Under the pieces are notes generated by a model. That model did no database searches, was not told where the DNA came from, and worked only from the letters and a program-made list of their open reading frames with translations. A DNA stretch of 64,000 nt from an uncultured Chloroflexia bacterium (GTDB lineage: Bacteria > Chloroflexota > Limnocylindria > Limnocylindrales > CSP1-4): NCBI GenBank assembly GCA_963810285.1, contig CAWEMV010000002.1, positions 1,053,177-1,117,176 of the forward strand, read 5' to 3'. The position numbers were made by a program, and so were the translations under genes. This document shows positions 1-8,412 of the stretch, piece by piece. Within the stretch, counting starts at the first letter, position 1. Each line of letters begins with the position of its first letter.

Positions 1-379
1 CGCTGCCCATCAGCCGCTCGCGGCTGATGCCGACCGTGCGGCCGACGAGCTCGTCGAACGGGTGGACCTTGGCGTCGGGGTTCCGGTCGGCGGAGGGGTT
101 GGTCATCTGGATCCCGCCGCGGTAGTTCGCGCCGACCGAGGTCTGGAGCAGGACCGGCCGGATGCCGCCGACGCGCAGTACGCAGCACGACACGATCCGG
201 GTGTCGCCCTGGTACAGGCCGAGCCCGCGCGAGTCGGGGTGGATGTCGCCGAACGAGTCGGTCAGCAGATACCGGTTGGCATGCTTGAGGACCTGGACCG
301 AGCCGAGATCGGTCGCCCTGACGATCGGCATCTCGCGGACCGGCAGGAACCGCACGGGCGGCGCGTCAAGCTGCGTCAT
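1..379 (-). CDS. amylo-alpha-1,6-glucosidase / glycogen-debranching family protein, N-terminal part only (gene continues past window start)
   Basis: My own reverse translation from ATG (complement of 377-379) gives MTQLDAPPVRFLPVREMPIVRATDLGSVQVLKHANRYLLTDSFGDIHPDSRGLGLYQGDTRIVS... The VLKxxxxxLxTDxxGDI...GLYxxDTR pattern resembles bacterial GDE N-terminal domains. It has no stop inside the window, so it is absent from the ORF track. Family call is tentative. Confidence 0.4.
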   Translation of the reverse strand, partial: MTQLDAPPVRFLPVREMPIVRATDLGSVQVLKHANRYLLTDSFGDIHPDSRGLGLYQGDTRIVSCCVLRVGGIRPVLLQTSVGANYRGGIQMTNPSADRNPDAKVHPFDELVGRTVGISRERLMGS

Positions 380-1463
380 CGTTCCCCAGCTCAGCCAGGC
401 GGTCGGCCTGGTCGGCCATGATCAGCGCGTCGATCAGGTCGTCGATGTTGCCGTCCATGACGCTCGGCAGGTTGTGGACGGTCTTGTGGATCCGATGGTC
501 GGTGACGCGGTCCTGGGGGTAGTTGTACGTGCGGACCTTTTCGCTGCGATCGCCCGCCCCGACCATCGATCGACGGGTCGCCGAGTCCGAGGCGCGCTGC
601 TTCTGGATCTCGAGATCGAGGAGGCGTGAGCGCAGCACCGACATCGCCTTGGCCTTGTTCTTGTGCTGGCTCTTCTCGTCCTGGATCTCGACCACCAGGC
701 CGCTCGGCAGGTGGGTGATGCGCACGGCGGAGTCGGTCGTGTTCACGGACTGACCGCCCGGCCCGGACGAGCGCTTGACCTCGATGCGGAGGTCCCTGTC
801 CTCGTCGATGTCGACCTCGACCTCGTCCGCCTCGGGCATGACGATGACCGTCGCCGTGGACGTGTGGATGCGCCCCGACGACTCCGTCGCCGGGATGCGC
901 TGCACGCGGTGGACGCCGCCTTCGAACTTGAGGCGGCTGTACGCGCCGTCGCCACGGACCTGGACGATCGCCTCCTTGACGCCGTCGATGCCGGTCTCGT
1001 TCAGGCTCAGGACCTCGGTCCCGAACCGATGTCGGCCGGCGTAGCGCAGGTACATCCGGAGGACCTCGGAGGCGAACAGCGCAGCCTCGTCACCGCCCGC
1101 GCCGGCCCGAACCTCGAGGATCACGTCGCGCTCGTCGTTGGCATCGCGCGGCAGGAGCAGGACGTGGAGCTCGTCGAGCAGCCTCGATTCCTCGCCCTCG
1201 AGCCGGGCGATCTCGTCGTGGACGAGTGCCCGCATCTCGACATCGGCATCGCTGACATCGCGCAGCTCGCGCGCGCCGGCCAGCTCGTCGCGAGTGGCCT
1301 GCAGGGTGCGGAACGCGGCGACCGTGGGCTCGAGCCGGGCGAGCTCGCGGCCGAGCCGGCGGATCTCGTTGGGGTCGGAGACGACCTCGGGACGCGCCAG
1401 CTGGACCTGGAGATCGTCGTACTGCCCGGCGATCTCCGCGAGCTTGGCGTCGAGGTCGCTCAT
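366..1463 (-). CDS. prfA: peptide chain release factor 1
   Basis: ORF 366..2297 trimmed to the internal ATG at 1463 (MSDLDAKLAEIAGQYDDLQ...). RF1 hallmarks are the PAT tripeptide (QRIPATESSGRIHTS) and the GGQ motif (SGPGGQSVNTTDSAVRITH). ATGA overlap with the upstream DUF1385 gene. Confidence 0.95.
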   Translation of the reverse strand: MSDLDAKLAEIAGQYDDLQVQLARPEVVSDPNEIRRLGRELARLEPTVAAFRTLQATRDELAGARELRDVSDADVEMRALVHDEIARLEGEESRLLDELHVLLLPRDANDERDVILEVRAGAGGDEAALFASEVLRMYLRYAGRHRFGTEVLSLNETGIDGVKEAIVQVRGDGAYSRLKFEGGVHRVQRIPATESSGRIHTSTATVIVMPEADEVEVDIDEDRDLRIEVKRSSGPGGQSVNTTDSAVRITHLPSGLVVEIQDEKSQHKNKAKAMSVLRSRLLDLEIQKQRASDSATRRSMVGAGDRSEKVRTYNYPQDRVTDHRIHKTVHNLPSVMDGNIDDLIDALIMADQADRLAELGNDDAA

Positions 1464-2503
1464 GACACCGCCGGTGGCTCGTTCGGGCTGGCTGCGACGA
1501 CCGGCTCCGTCGCCTCGGGGGCGGCGTCGGTCGAGTCGAGCTCCAGCGGGTCGTGCTCGAACAGCGTCGAGCCGTCCGGGACGGGGTTGCCGTCGGCGAC
1601 GAGCGCCTCCTGCATCGACGAGATGGCGACCTCGATCATGTCGTCGGTCGGGCGCTTCGTCGTGATCATCTGGACGAGGATCCCGGGGAACATGATCGCC
1701 TTGACGATGGGGTTGCGGCGGTAGCGCGCCCCGAGCTTGAGGACCTCGTAGCCGACCGCCGCCAGGATCGGTATGCCGAGTAGCCGCGTCGCGATCATCA
1801 CCAGCGGCTCCTGCTTGCCGACGAGCGAGAACGCGAAGATCGACAGCAGGACGAGGATCACGAGGAACTCCGTCCCGCATCGATGGTGCGCGGTCGGGTA
1901 CTTGCGGACCTCGTCGACCGTCAGCGGATCGCCCGCCTCGAGGGCATGGATCGTCATGTGCTCGGCGCCGTGGTACTGGAACACGCGGTGGATGTCGGGC
2001 GCCCGCGACACGAGCGCGAGATAGCCGAGGAACAGGCCGACCTGGATCAGGCCCTCGATGGTCGGCTGGAGCCAGCCCTGGCTCGCGCCGGACGTTGCGA
2101 CGCTCGACACGAACAGCGGGAGCAGGCTGAACACCGCGATCGCGACGCCGAACGTGATGATCAGCGTGATGATGATCGGGCCCTTGCCGAGCTCGACGTC
2201 GTCCTCCTCGGCCTGGACGTTGGCGCTGCGGACCAGCCACTTGGTGCCGATCACGAGCGTCTCGTAGAGCACCACGAGCCCACGCATGAACGGCCACTTG
2301 GCGGCGCGCGTTGCGCGGATGCCGCGGTCGAGTGGCTCCGTGGCGGTGACGATCCGGCCGTCCGGGTGACGCAGGGCGACGGCGATCGCGTCGCGCCCGC
2401 GCATGAGGACGCCCTCCATCAGGGCCTGACCTCCGTAGGCGAACGCGGGTCCGCCGCCCGGTCGGCCGGTGGCGGCCGTCGCCGGTGCGGGATTCGCTGA
2501 CAT
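1460..2503 (-). CDS. DUF1385 domain-containing membrane protein (YqhQ-like)
   Basis: ORF 1460..2746 trimmed to ATG at 2503 (MSANPAP...). The YGGQALMEGVLMRG motif, HGAEHM and several TM helices are typical of DUF1385. It sits in the conserved position between rpmE and prfA. Confidence 0.85.
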   Translation of the reverse strand: MSANPAPATAATGRPGGGPAFAYGGQALMEGVLMRGRDAIAVALRHPDGRIVTATEPLDRGIRATRAAKWPFMRGLVVLYETLVIGTKWLVRSANVQAEEDDVELGKGPIIITLIITFGVAIAVFSLLPLFVSSVATSGASQGWLQPTIEGLIQVGLFLGYLALVSRAPDIHRVFQYHGAEHMTIHALEAGDPLTVDEVRKYPTAHHRCGTEFLVILVLLSIFAFSLVGKQEPLVMIATRLLGIPILAAVGYEVLKLGARYRRNPIVKAIMFPGILVQMITTKRPTDDMIEVAISSMQEALVADGNPVPDGSTLFEHDPLELDSTDAAPEATEPVVAASPNEPPAVS

Positions 2504-2548
2504 CGCGGCAAGTCTACCGGCGAACCGCACGGGTCGGGGTGGAGGAGG

Positions 2549-2568
2549 GGCTGACCTTCGGGTCAGCC
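2549..2568 (-). terminator. stem-loop between rpmE and the DUF1385 gene (terminator/attenuator-like)
   Basis: Perfect 8-bp stem GGCTGACC/GGTCAGCC with a 4-nt loop, 27 nt downstream of the rpmE stop. No U-tract follows. Confidence 0.35.
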
Positions 2569-2594
2569 GGGTGCTGACGTTCGGCTGGGCGACG

Positions 2595-2807
2595 CTAGCT
2601 GCGGGCCTGCCGCTCCAGCCGCTTCTGGAACCGCTCCACCTGCCCGGCGGTGTCGATGATGTTCTGCGTCCCCGTGAAGAACGGATGGCAGTTGCTGCAC
2701 ACGTCGACGCGCAGCTCCTCGCGGGTCGACCCGACCGTCCATTCACGGCCGCACGAGCCGCAGTGAACCTTCGCTTCGTGGTACTTGGGGTGGATGTCGG
2801 CCTTCAC
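2595..2807 (-). CDS. rpmE: 50S ribosomal protein L31 (zinc-binding type)
   Basis: 70 aa, MKADIHPKYHEAKVHCGSCGREWTVGSTREELRVDVCSNCHPFFTG. Canonical L31 with CxxC...CxxC. Confidence 0.95.
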   Translation of the reverse strand: MKADIHPKYHEAKVHCGSCGREWTVGSTREELRVDVCSNCHPFFTGTQNIIDTAGQVERFQKRLERQARS

Positions 2808-2898
2808 GGGATCTCGTTCTCCTCCGACGTCGTCCGTGCCGGGTCTGTCGCCCAGCCGGTGATCGCCGGCTACGTCTGTCGCCGGTCGCTTGCGCGAC

Positions 2899-3174
2899 CT
2901 AGGCGGTCGTCGATGCGGCCGTTGCCGCCTCGACGCGGATGCGCTTCTTGCTCTTGGTGGCGTGCTCGAACTTGACGGTCCCGTCGATGGTCGCGAACAC
3001 GGTGTAATCGTGACCGAGCCCGGTGCCCGGACCGGACACGAAGGTCATGCCGCGCTGGCGCACGATGATCGCCCCGGCCGACACGGACTGTCCGTCGCCG
3101 ACCTTGACGCCGAGGCGCTGGCCGACGCTGTCGCGGCCGTTCTTGACGCTGCCGCCTGCCTTCTTGTGTGCCAT
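2899..3174 (-). CDS. rpmA: 50S ribosomal protein L27
   Basis: ORF 2899..3939 trimmed to ATG at 3174. [42 protein letters not shown] is canonical L27. It lies 2 nt downstream of the rplU stop. Confidence 0.95.
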   Translation of the reverse strand: MAHKKAGGSVKNGRDSVGQRLGVKVGDGQSVSAGAIIVRQRGMTFVSGPGTGLGHDYTVFATIDGTVKFEHATKSKKRIRVEAATAASTTA

Positions 3175-3176
3175 CG

Positions 3177-3902
3177 CTATCCGTCCTTCTTGGTGCGCGG
3201 CTTCGCGGCGCTCTTCTTTGCCGCCGGCTTGTCGGCCGTGTCGGCGTCGGGCTTCGTCTTCGAACGGCTCGACGACGTCTTCGCCGGGGCGGCGTCCGCC
3301 TTGGCCTTGGGCTTGGCCGCTGCCTTGGCCGTGGTCCCGGCCTTGGCCGTGTCGGCCTTCGCGGGCTTCGCGTCGGCCTTCGCGGGCTTCTCGGCCTTCT
3401 CGACCGCCGCGGCCGCGCTCTTCGGCTTGTCGGTCTTCGCCTTCGTGGCCGGCGCCGCAGCGCCGGCGGCCAGCTTCGCCGCGAGCTCGGCATCCTTCGC
3501 GGCCTGCGCGGAGGCGGCCTCTTCGAGCCGCTGCCGCTCGGTCTTGGCATCCGACGCCGTCTTGGCCGAGGCCTGTGCGGCGCTCTTGCCGTTGAGCGTG
3601 ATGTCGTTGACGCGCAGGACGGTCAGCTCCTGACGATGGCCCTTCTTGACCCGGCGGCGGGCCTTCGGTTGGTACTTGAACGAGATGACCTTGTCGCCGC
3701 GTCCCTGCCGGACGACCTCCGCGCTGACCGCGGCGCCGTCGACCATCGGCCGACCGATCGAGGCATCCTCGCCGTCGACCACGAGCAGGACACGGTCGAT
3801 CGTGACGGCCTTGCCGGGCTCGACGTCGAGCAGCTCGACCTCGAGCTCGGTGCCGACCTCCACGCGGTACTGCTTCCCGCCGGTCTCGATGACTGCGTAC
3901 AT
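3177..3902 (-). CDS. rplU: 50S ribosomal protein L21 with a long Ala/Lys/Pro-rich C-terminal extension
   Basis: The first ~104 aa ([17 protein letters not shown]...[28 protein letters not shown]) are canonical L21. The ORF then continues ~135 aa as AKxAxKP-type low complexity. See finding. Confidence 0.9.
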   Translation of the reverse strand: MYAVIETGGKQYRVEVGTELEVELLDVEPGKAVTIDRVLLVVDGEDASIGRPMVDGAAVSAEVVRQGRGDKVISFKYQPKARRRVKKGHRQELTVLRVNDITLNGKSAAQASAKTASDAKTERQRLEEAASAQAAKDAELAAKLAAGAAAPATKAKTDKPKSAAAAVEKAEKPAKADAKPAKADTAKAGTTAKAAAKPKAKADAAPAKTSSSRSKTKPDADTADKPAAKKSAAKPRTKKDG

Positions 3903-4106
3903 GGTTCCTCAGGGCTTCTGACGACGGCGGGCGACGCACGGTGCGATCGGGCTGTCGGACATGGGGTGGCGCTCGGCGAGGACCGATCGCGGACGGTGGA
4001 GTCTACGGCCGAACGGGGATACCGGTCAATCGAGGCGGTCCCAGGGAGTCGCCACTGGCTACGCTATCGCGATGCGGGCGAAGGTCGTGGTGGACGTGAC
4101 GCGGGC

Positions 4107-5720
4107 GTGACGACCGCGCGTCTGCCGATCCCGAGCTTCATCCGGGCGCTCGACGCCGAGCCCGGTGCGCTGCGGAACCTGCTCGTGGCATTCGTGTCGC
4201 TGGGCGCCGTCGGCTTGAACCCGATGGTGACGTCGCCCAACCTGCCGAGCGTCCAGTCGATCATCCGGGCCCAGCCCGAGGTCAACTCGCTCATCTTGCT
4301 GGTCACGCTGATCGCGGCGGGACTGCTGTTCGTCGGCGGGATCCTGGGCGACACGAACGGGCGGCGGGGCGTGCTGCTCGGAGGGTTGGCCGTGCTCGGG
4401 CTCGCCAACCTCACGGGCCTCGTCGTGAGCAGCGGTCCGGTGTTCGTCGGCTCACGGCTGGTCGCAGCCGCCGCCGCGTATGCCGTCCTGCCGTTCGCCC
4501 TCGCCCTGGTGGCCACGACATACGGAGGGCTCGTCCGCGCCACCGCGATCGGCATCGCGTATGTCGCCTACGCGGGCGCGACCGCCGTCAGTCCGGTCCT
4601 GTTGACGCTCTTCGGGCCGGGCAGTCCGACGTGGCCTGCGTTCGCCCTGTCGGTGCTGGCGGCCGGCTTCGCCCTGTGGTTCGCCCGGTCGCGCGCCCCC
4701 GACCTTCAGGCGATCGCCCGCGACGATCGCCCATACGTCGTGTCGACCGCGGTCTGGGCGTTCGCGATCGTGATGATCAGCGCCGGGGTCGTCGGGTTCG
4801 GCGACCGCATCTCGGTGGCGGTCCGGGTCACGCTCGTCGTCATCGGACTGCTCCTGGTCGGGGCGTACGCGATCTGGGACCGGTCGATCCGCGATCGGGC
4901 GCGCCGCAGCCTTCATCACGTCGATCGCCGCCCCGTGACGGTCGCGATCGCTGTCGGCGTGCTCGTCAGCTTCGCCCAGGCCGCCCCGCTGTTCCAGCTG
5001 CCGCTCTTCTTCAAGCTCGTCCTCGACTATGGGCCGCTCCTGGCCACGGTGGCCACGGCACCGTTCATCGCGGCGCTCGTGATCGCGGGCCCGCTCGCCG
5101 GGCTGCTCCTCGCCCGGTTCGGGCCCCGCACGCTGATGGCCGGCGGTCTCGCGACGGTCGGGCTCGGCAACATCGCGGCGGCAGCCGTCATCGGTCCCCA
5201 GGTCGTGTACATCGGGATGGCCGTGTCGCTTGCCCTGATCGGGGTCGGGTTCGTGGTGGCGACGACCGTGCGGACGGCGGTGATCTTCGCGAGCGTCTCG
5301 CGAGGCCTGCCGGCCACGGCCGCGGCCCTCAACGAGGCATCGGTGCTGGTCGGCACGCGGATCGGCCTGGCGACGCTGACCGCCCTGATCACCCAGCGCG
5401 CGCTGGACACCTATGCCGCGTCGTCGGGCATCGTCGATCCCGCCCAGCGCGATGCCGCGATCGCCACGTTCCGAGACGTCCTCGTCGCGGCCGGGACCCC
5501 GGGGTTCGCCGAGGTCGCGGGCGCCGTGGACCCGGCGGACATCGCAGGCTACGTCGCCGCGGTCGTCGAGGCGTACCGACTCAGCCTGTTCGGCACGGGG
5601 CTGCTCGCGCTCGTCGCGGCGCCGATCGTGTGGTTCGCGCTCGGGCCCCGCGACCCACTGTCGACGATCTGGGACCACCGCGACGAGCGGGCCGAGTCGG
5701 CCGTCAGTCCGACCGGCTGA
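4107..5720 (+). CDS. MFS transporter
   Basis: C-terminal ~537 aa of ORF 3168..5720. It has ~14 hydrophobic helices and GDxxGRR after TM2 (GGILGDTNGRRGV). Start placed at the in-frame GTG 4107, because upstream translation is Arg/Gly-rich non-coding-like. Start is uncertain. Confidence 0.7.
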   Translation: MTTARLPIPSFIRALDAEPGALRNLLVAFVSLGAVGLNPMVTSPNLPSVQSIIRAQPEVNSLILLVTLIAAGLLFVGGILGDTNGRRGVLLGGLAVLGLANLTGLVVSSGPVFVGSRLVAAAAAYAVLPFALALVATTYGGLVRATAIGIAYVAYAGATAVSPVLLTLFGPGSPTWPAFALSVLAAGFALWFARSRAPDLQAIARDDRPYVVSTAVWAFAIVMISAGVVGFGDRISVAVRVTLVVIGLLLVGAYAIWDRSIRDRARRSLHHVDRRPVTVAIAVGVLVSFAQAAPLFQLPLFFKLVLDYGPLLATVATAPFIAALVIAGPLAGLLLARFGPRTLMAGGLATVGLGNIAAAAVIGPQVVYIGMAVSLALIGVGFVVATTVRTAVIFASVSRGLPATAAALNEASVLVGTRIGLATLTALITQRALDTYAASSGIVDPAQRDAAIATFRDVLVAAGTPGFAEVAGAVDPADIAGYVAAVVEAYRLSLFGTGLLALVAAPIVWFALGPRDPLSTIWDHRDERAESAVSPTG

Positions 5721-6449
5721 TCAGGGCAGGTCGTCGACCAGGAGCAGCCGTTCACGAACGATGGTGTCGACCGCCAGCGCGGTGCCGATGCGGTCGCCGA
5801 TGGCCGCGACCACCTCCTCCGGTCTGCCGGTGCCGAGCTCCGGGTGGAAGCGCGTCCGGGCCCGGATGATCGGCGGCGGACCGGGTTCGACCGTGATGTC
5901 GTCCAGCAGCGGTCGCAAGTCGTAGCGCACGGTGCCGCTACCCTTCGACCGCTCGCGTGGCAACCGGTCGGCGTGCAGCAGGTCATCGGCCCCGCGCCGG
6001 ATGGCGTCGCTGTCGGCCGTCGGATCCCCAAGGGTGATGCGATAGTCGGCGGCCGCCACTCGTCCTGCGAGCGGCGGACCCGCCAGCCAGACGTCGTACA
6101 GATCGACGAGTCGCCAGCCGGCCGGCACGTGGCCATCGAGCGACGCCCGCACGCGCCACACCGGCCAGCGCTCGCCCAGCACGACGTCGATCAGCTCGCC
6201 CTCGGCGGGCATGCCGACCGGCAGCGGTGCGCCGAACGAGATGCGCGGTCGGGCAGCCGGCGGCGGCGTGCGGGCGAGCGGCAGGTCGGCGGCCTCGAAG
6301 GCGGCCATCCACGCGTCCGTGACGTCGCGGTGGGCTCCGGCCGGCGCGCCTACGGAGCGACCGACCACGAGCCGCCAGCGCTGGCGCGGCTCGACCGCGG
6401 GGATGACGGCGATCCGCTCGGGTTCTGGGATTGGGGCCGGCCCGGACAC
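5721..6449 (-). CDS. DUF2344 (TIGR03936-like, radical-SAM-associated) family protein
   Basis: QRWRLVVGRS...HRDVTDAWMAAFEAADLPLA...PRISFGAPLPVGMPAEGELIDVVL matches the DUF2344 pattern. GTG at 6449 is the only in-frame start upstream of the conserved N-terminus. Confidence 0.65.
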   Translation of the reverse strand: MSGPAPIPEPERIAVIPAVEPRQRWRLVVGRSVGAPAGAHRDVTDAWMAAFEAADLPLARTPPPAARPRISFGAPLPVGMPAEGELIDVVLGERWPVWRVRASLDGHVPAGWRLVDLYDVWLAGPPLAGRVAAADYRITLGDPTADSDAIRRGADDLLHADRLPRERSKGSGTVRYDLRPLLDDITVEPGPPPIIRARTRFHPELGTGRPEEVVAAIGDRIGTALAVDTIVRERLLLVDDLP

Positions 6450-6469
6450 GTCTGCTAGTCTGCCGGACG

Positions 6470-7762
6470 ATGGACGTGCCGGATCGGACCGCCAGCGTGG
6501 TGCCCGATCGGTCCGCGACCGCCGCACCCGCGCCTGTCCCGACGGCCGAGTGGGTCGCGGCGCTGCCCCCTCCTCCGTTCGTCGACCCGGCATCACCGCG
6601 TAGCCAGCCGGGGTTCGCCGCCATCTCGCCACGGGTCGCGGTGTTGATCGGGGCGGCGGTCGTGATCGGGATCCTGCTGTGGATGGCCCGCGACGCCGTC
6701 CGGCCCTTCATCTTCGGCCTGCTCATGGTGTACCTGCTCGATCCCCCGGTGCGCTGGCTGGCCGCGCGCGGGATCCGCCGGACGTTCGCCATCCTCATCG
6801 TCTACGTGGTCGCACTGGTCCTGTTCATCGAGTTCCTGAACCTGACGCTCCGACCGCTGTTCGAGGAGCTCGTCCGCCTGCTGGAGGACCTGCCCGGCCT
6901 CGCCGCGCAGCTCCAGGCCCAGGTCGAGCGACTGTCGGAGTTCTACACGCGGCTCGCCATCCCGCAGGCCGTGCGCGAGTGGATCGACGGGATGATCGCG
7001 TCGATGACCGAGGGCGGCGCCGGTGGCGGTCCGACCCTCGATCCGACCGATCTCCTGCCGATCTTCACGGGAGCGACCAGCTTCATCGGCGGCCTGTTCG
7101 CGTACGTGCTCCTGCCGGTCTGGGTGTTCTACCTGCTGAAGGACCGCGTGGCGTTGACCGCGACCTTCGACCGGAGCCTGCCGGCGACGTGGCGGTTCGA
7201 CGTGTGGGCGACGCTGCGGGTCGTTCGGCGCGTGTTCGGACAGTGGGTCCGCGCGCAACTCGTGCTCGGGGTGACGGTCGGCGTGTTCACGTTCATCGGG
7301 CTGCTGCTGTTGAGCCGCTTCGTCGACCCGGTCTTCGGGCGCTACGCCGTGCTGCTGTCGGTCACGGCCGGCATCCTCGAGCTCGTGCCGATCATCGGGC
7401 CGATCATCGCGGCCGTGCCCGCGGTCCTGCTCGCCGCGACCGCGGGCCTCGAGGCGGTGGTCGCCGCGTTCCTGCTCTACCTCCTCGTGCAACAGGTCGA
7501 GAACAACGTGCTGGTGCCCAAGATCCAGGGCGACGCCGTCCAGCTGCATCCGGCCGTGGTCATGTTCGCGATCGTCATCGGCGGCTCGCTGGTCGGCCTG
7601 CTCGGGGCGATCCTCGCGCTGCCGGTCGCAGCCGCCCTGCGCGACGTCACCCGCTACCTGTTCCGACGTCTCAGCCCGGACGAGCCCGAGGCCCTCGCCG
7701 CCTCCATCTCCGGGCTCGGTCTCGAGATCCATCCGGGCATCCCGGGTCGGCCGGCCCCGTGA
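6470..7762 (+). CDS. AI-2E family transporter (PerM/UPF0118)
   Basis: Multi-TM protein with the typical C-terminal LELVPIIGPIIAAVPAVLLA...QQVENNVLVPKIQG motif. ATG at 6470 chosen over the GTG at 6431. Confidence 0.85.
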   Translation: MDVPDRTASVVPDRSATAAPAPVPTAEWVAALPPPPFVDPASPRSQPGFAAISPRVAVLIGAAVVIGILLWMARDAVRPFIFGLLMVYLLDPPVRWLAARGIRRTFAILIVYVVALVLFIEFLNLTLRPLFEELVRLLEDLPGLAAQLQAQVERLSEFYTRLAIPQAVREWIDGMIASMTEGGAGGGPTLDPTDLLPIFTGATSFIGGLFAYVLLPVWVFYLLKDRVALTATFDRSLPATWRFDVWATLRVVRRVFGQWVRAQLVLGVTVGVFTFIGLLLLSRFVDPVFGRYAVLLSVTAGILELVPIIGPIIAAVPAVLLAATAGLEAVVAAFLLYLLVQQVENNVLVPKIQGDAVQLHPAVVMFAIVIGGSLVGLLGAILALPVAAALRDVTRYLFRRLSPDEPEALAASISGLGLEIHPGIPGRPAP

Positions 7763-8412
7763 GCGACCCTCCCGCCGACCCGTACCGGACCCTCCAGGTC
7801 GTCCCGGAGGCCGACGACGAGGTCATCAGCGCCGCCTACCGCCGGCTCGCGCGCAAGTACCACCCCGATGTCTCCCCGGGTGGGGAGGCTGCCGCGCGGA
7901 TGGCGGCGATCAACGCGGCCTGGGAGCTGATCGGCGAACCGTCGCGCCGCGCGGCCTTCGACCGGCAGCGCGCGCTCGAGGCGGCGATCCGGCGGCGCAA
8001 CGCCGAGACCGGACCCGCCGCCACAGGAGCGCAGGGGTCGTCTGCAGGCGCCGACGAGATACCCGGCGCCCGCACGGATCGGCCAGCCGAGACCGTGTCG
8101 CGCGACTGGACGAGCGGACGGTCCTCGACCGGCGGTGGCTATGCGCCGTCCATGCGGACGGCCGACGGGGAGGGCGCGGCCGGCCAGCCGCCCGGCGAGC
8201 CGTCGGGCAGCGTCATCACGTTCGGGCGATATACCGGTTGGTCGCTGGGCGAGATCGCTCGCACGGACCTCGAGTACCTCGAGTGGCTCGACCGCATGAC
8301 GATCGGGCGGCCATACCGGGACGAGATCGACGCGATCCTGCGGCGGACCGGCCGCCGGAGATCGGCCGATGCCGATGCCGCCGATCGGCGCGGCCTATTC
8401 CGGCGGCGCTAG
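7759..8412 (+). CDS. J-domain (DnaJ-like) protein with a DUF3820-like C-terminal motif
   Basis: GTG at 7759 makes a GTGA overlap with the upstream stop. The J domain is DPYRTLQVVPEADDEVISAAYRRLARKYHPD (HPD present). The C-terminus FGRYTGWSLGEIARTDLEYLEWL resembles DUF3820. Confidence 0.8.
   Translation: MSDPPADPYRTLQVVPEADDEVISAAYRRLARKYHPDVSPGGEAAARMAAINAAWELIGEPSRRAAFDRQRALEAAIRRRNAETGPAATGAQGSSAGADEIPGARTDRPAETVSRDWTSGRSSTGGGYAPSMRTADGEGAAGQPPGEPSGSVITFGRYTGWSLGEIARTDLEYLEWLDRMTIGRPYRDEIDAILRRTGRRRSADADAADRRGLFRRR

Noticed and set aside
62-629. Plus-strand ORFs 62..421 and 162..629 at the window start.
   Set aside because: They lie opposite the GDE-like N-terminus and the prfA C-terminus, both of which have recognisable motifs. 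Their translations are low complexity.
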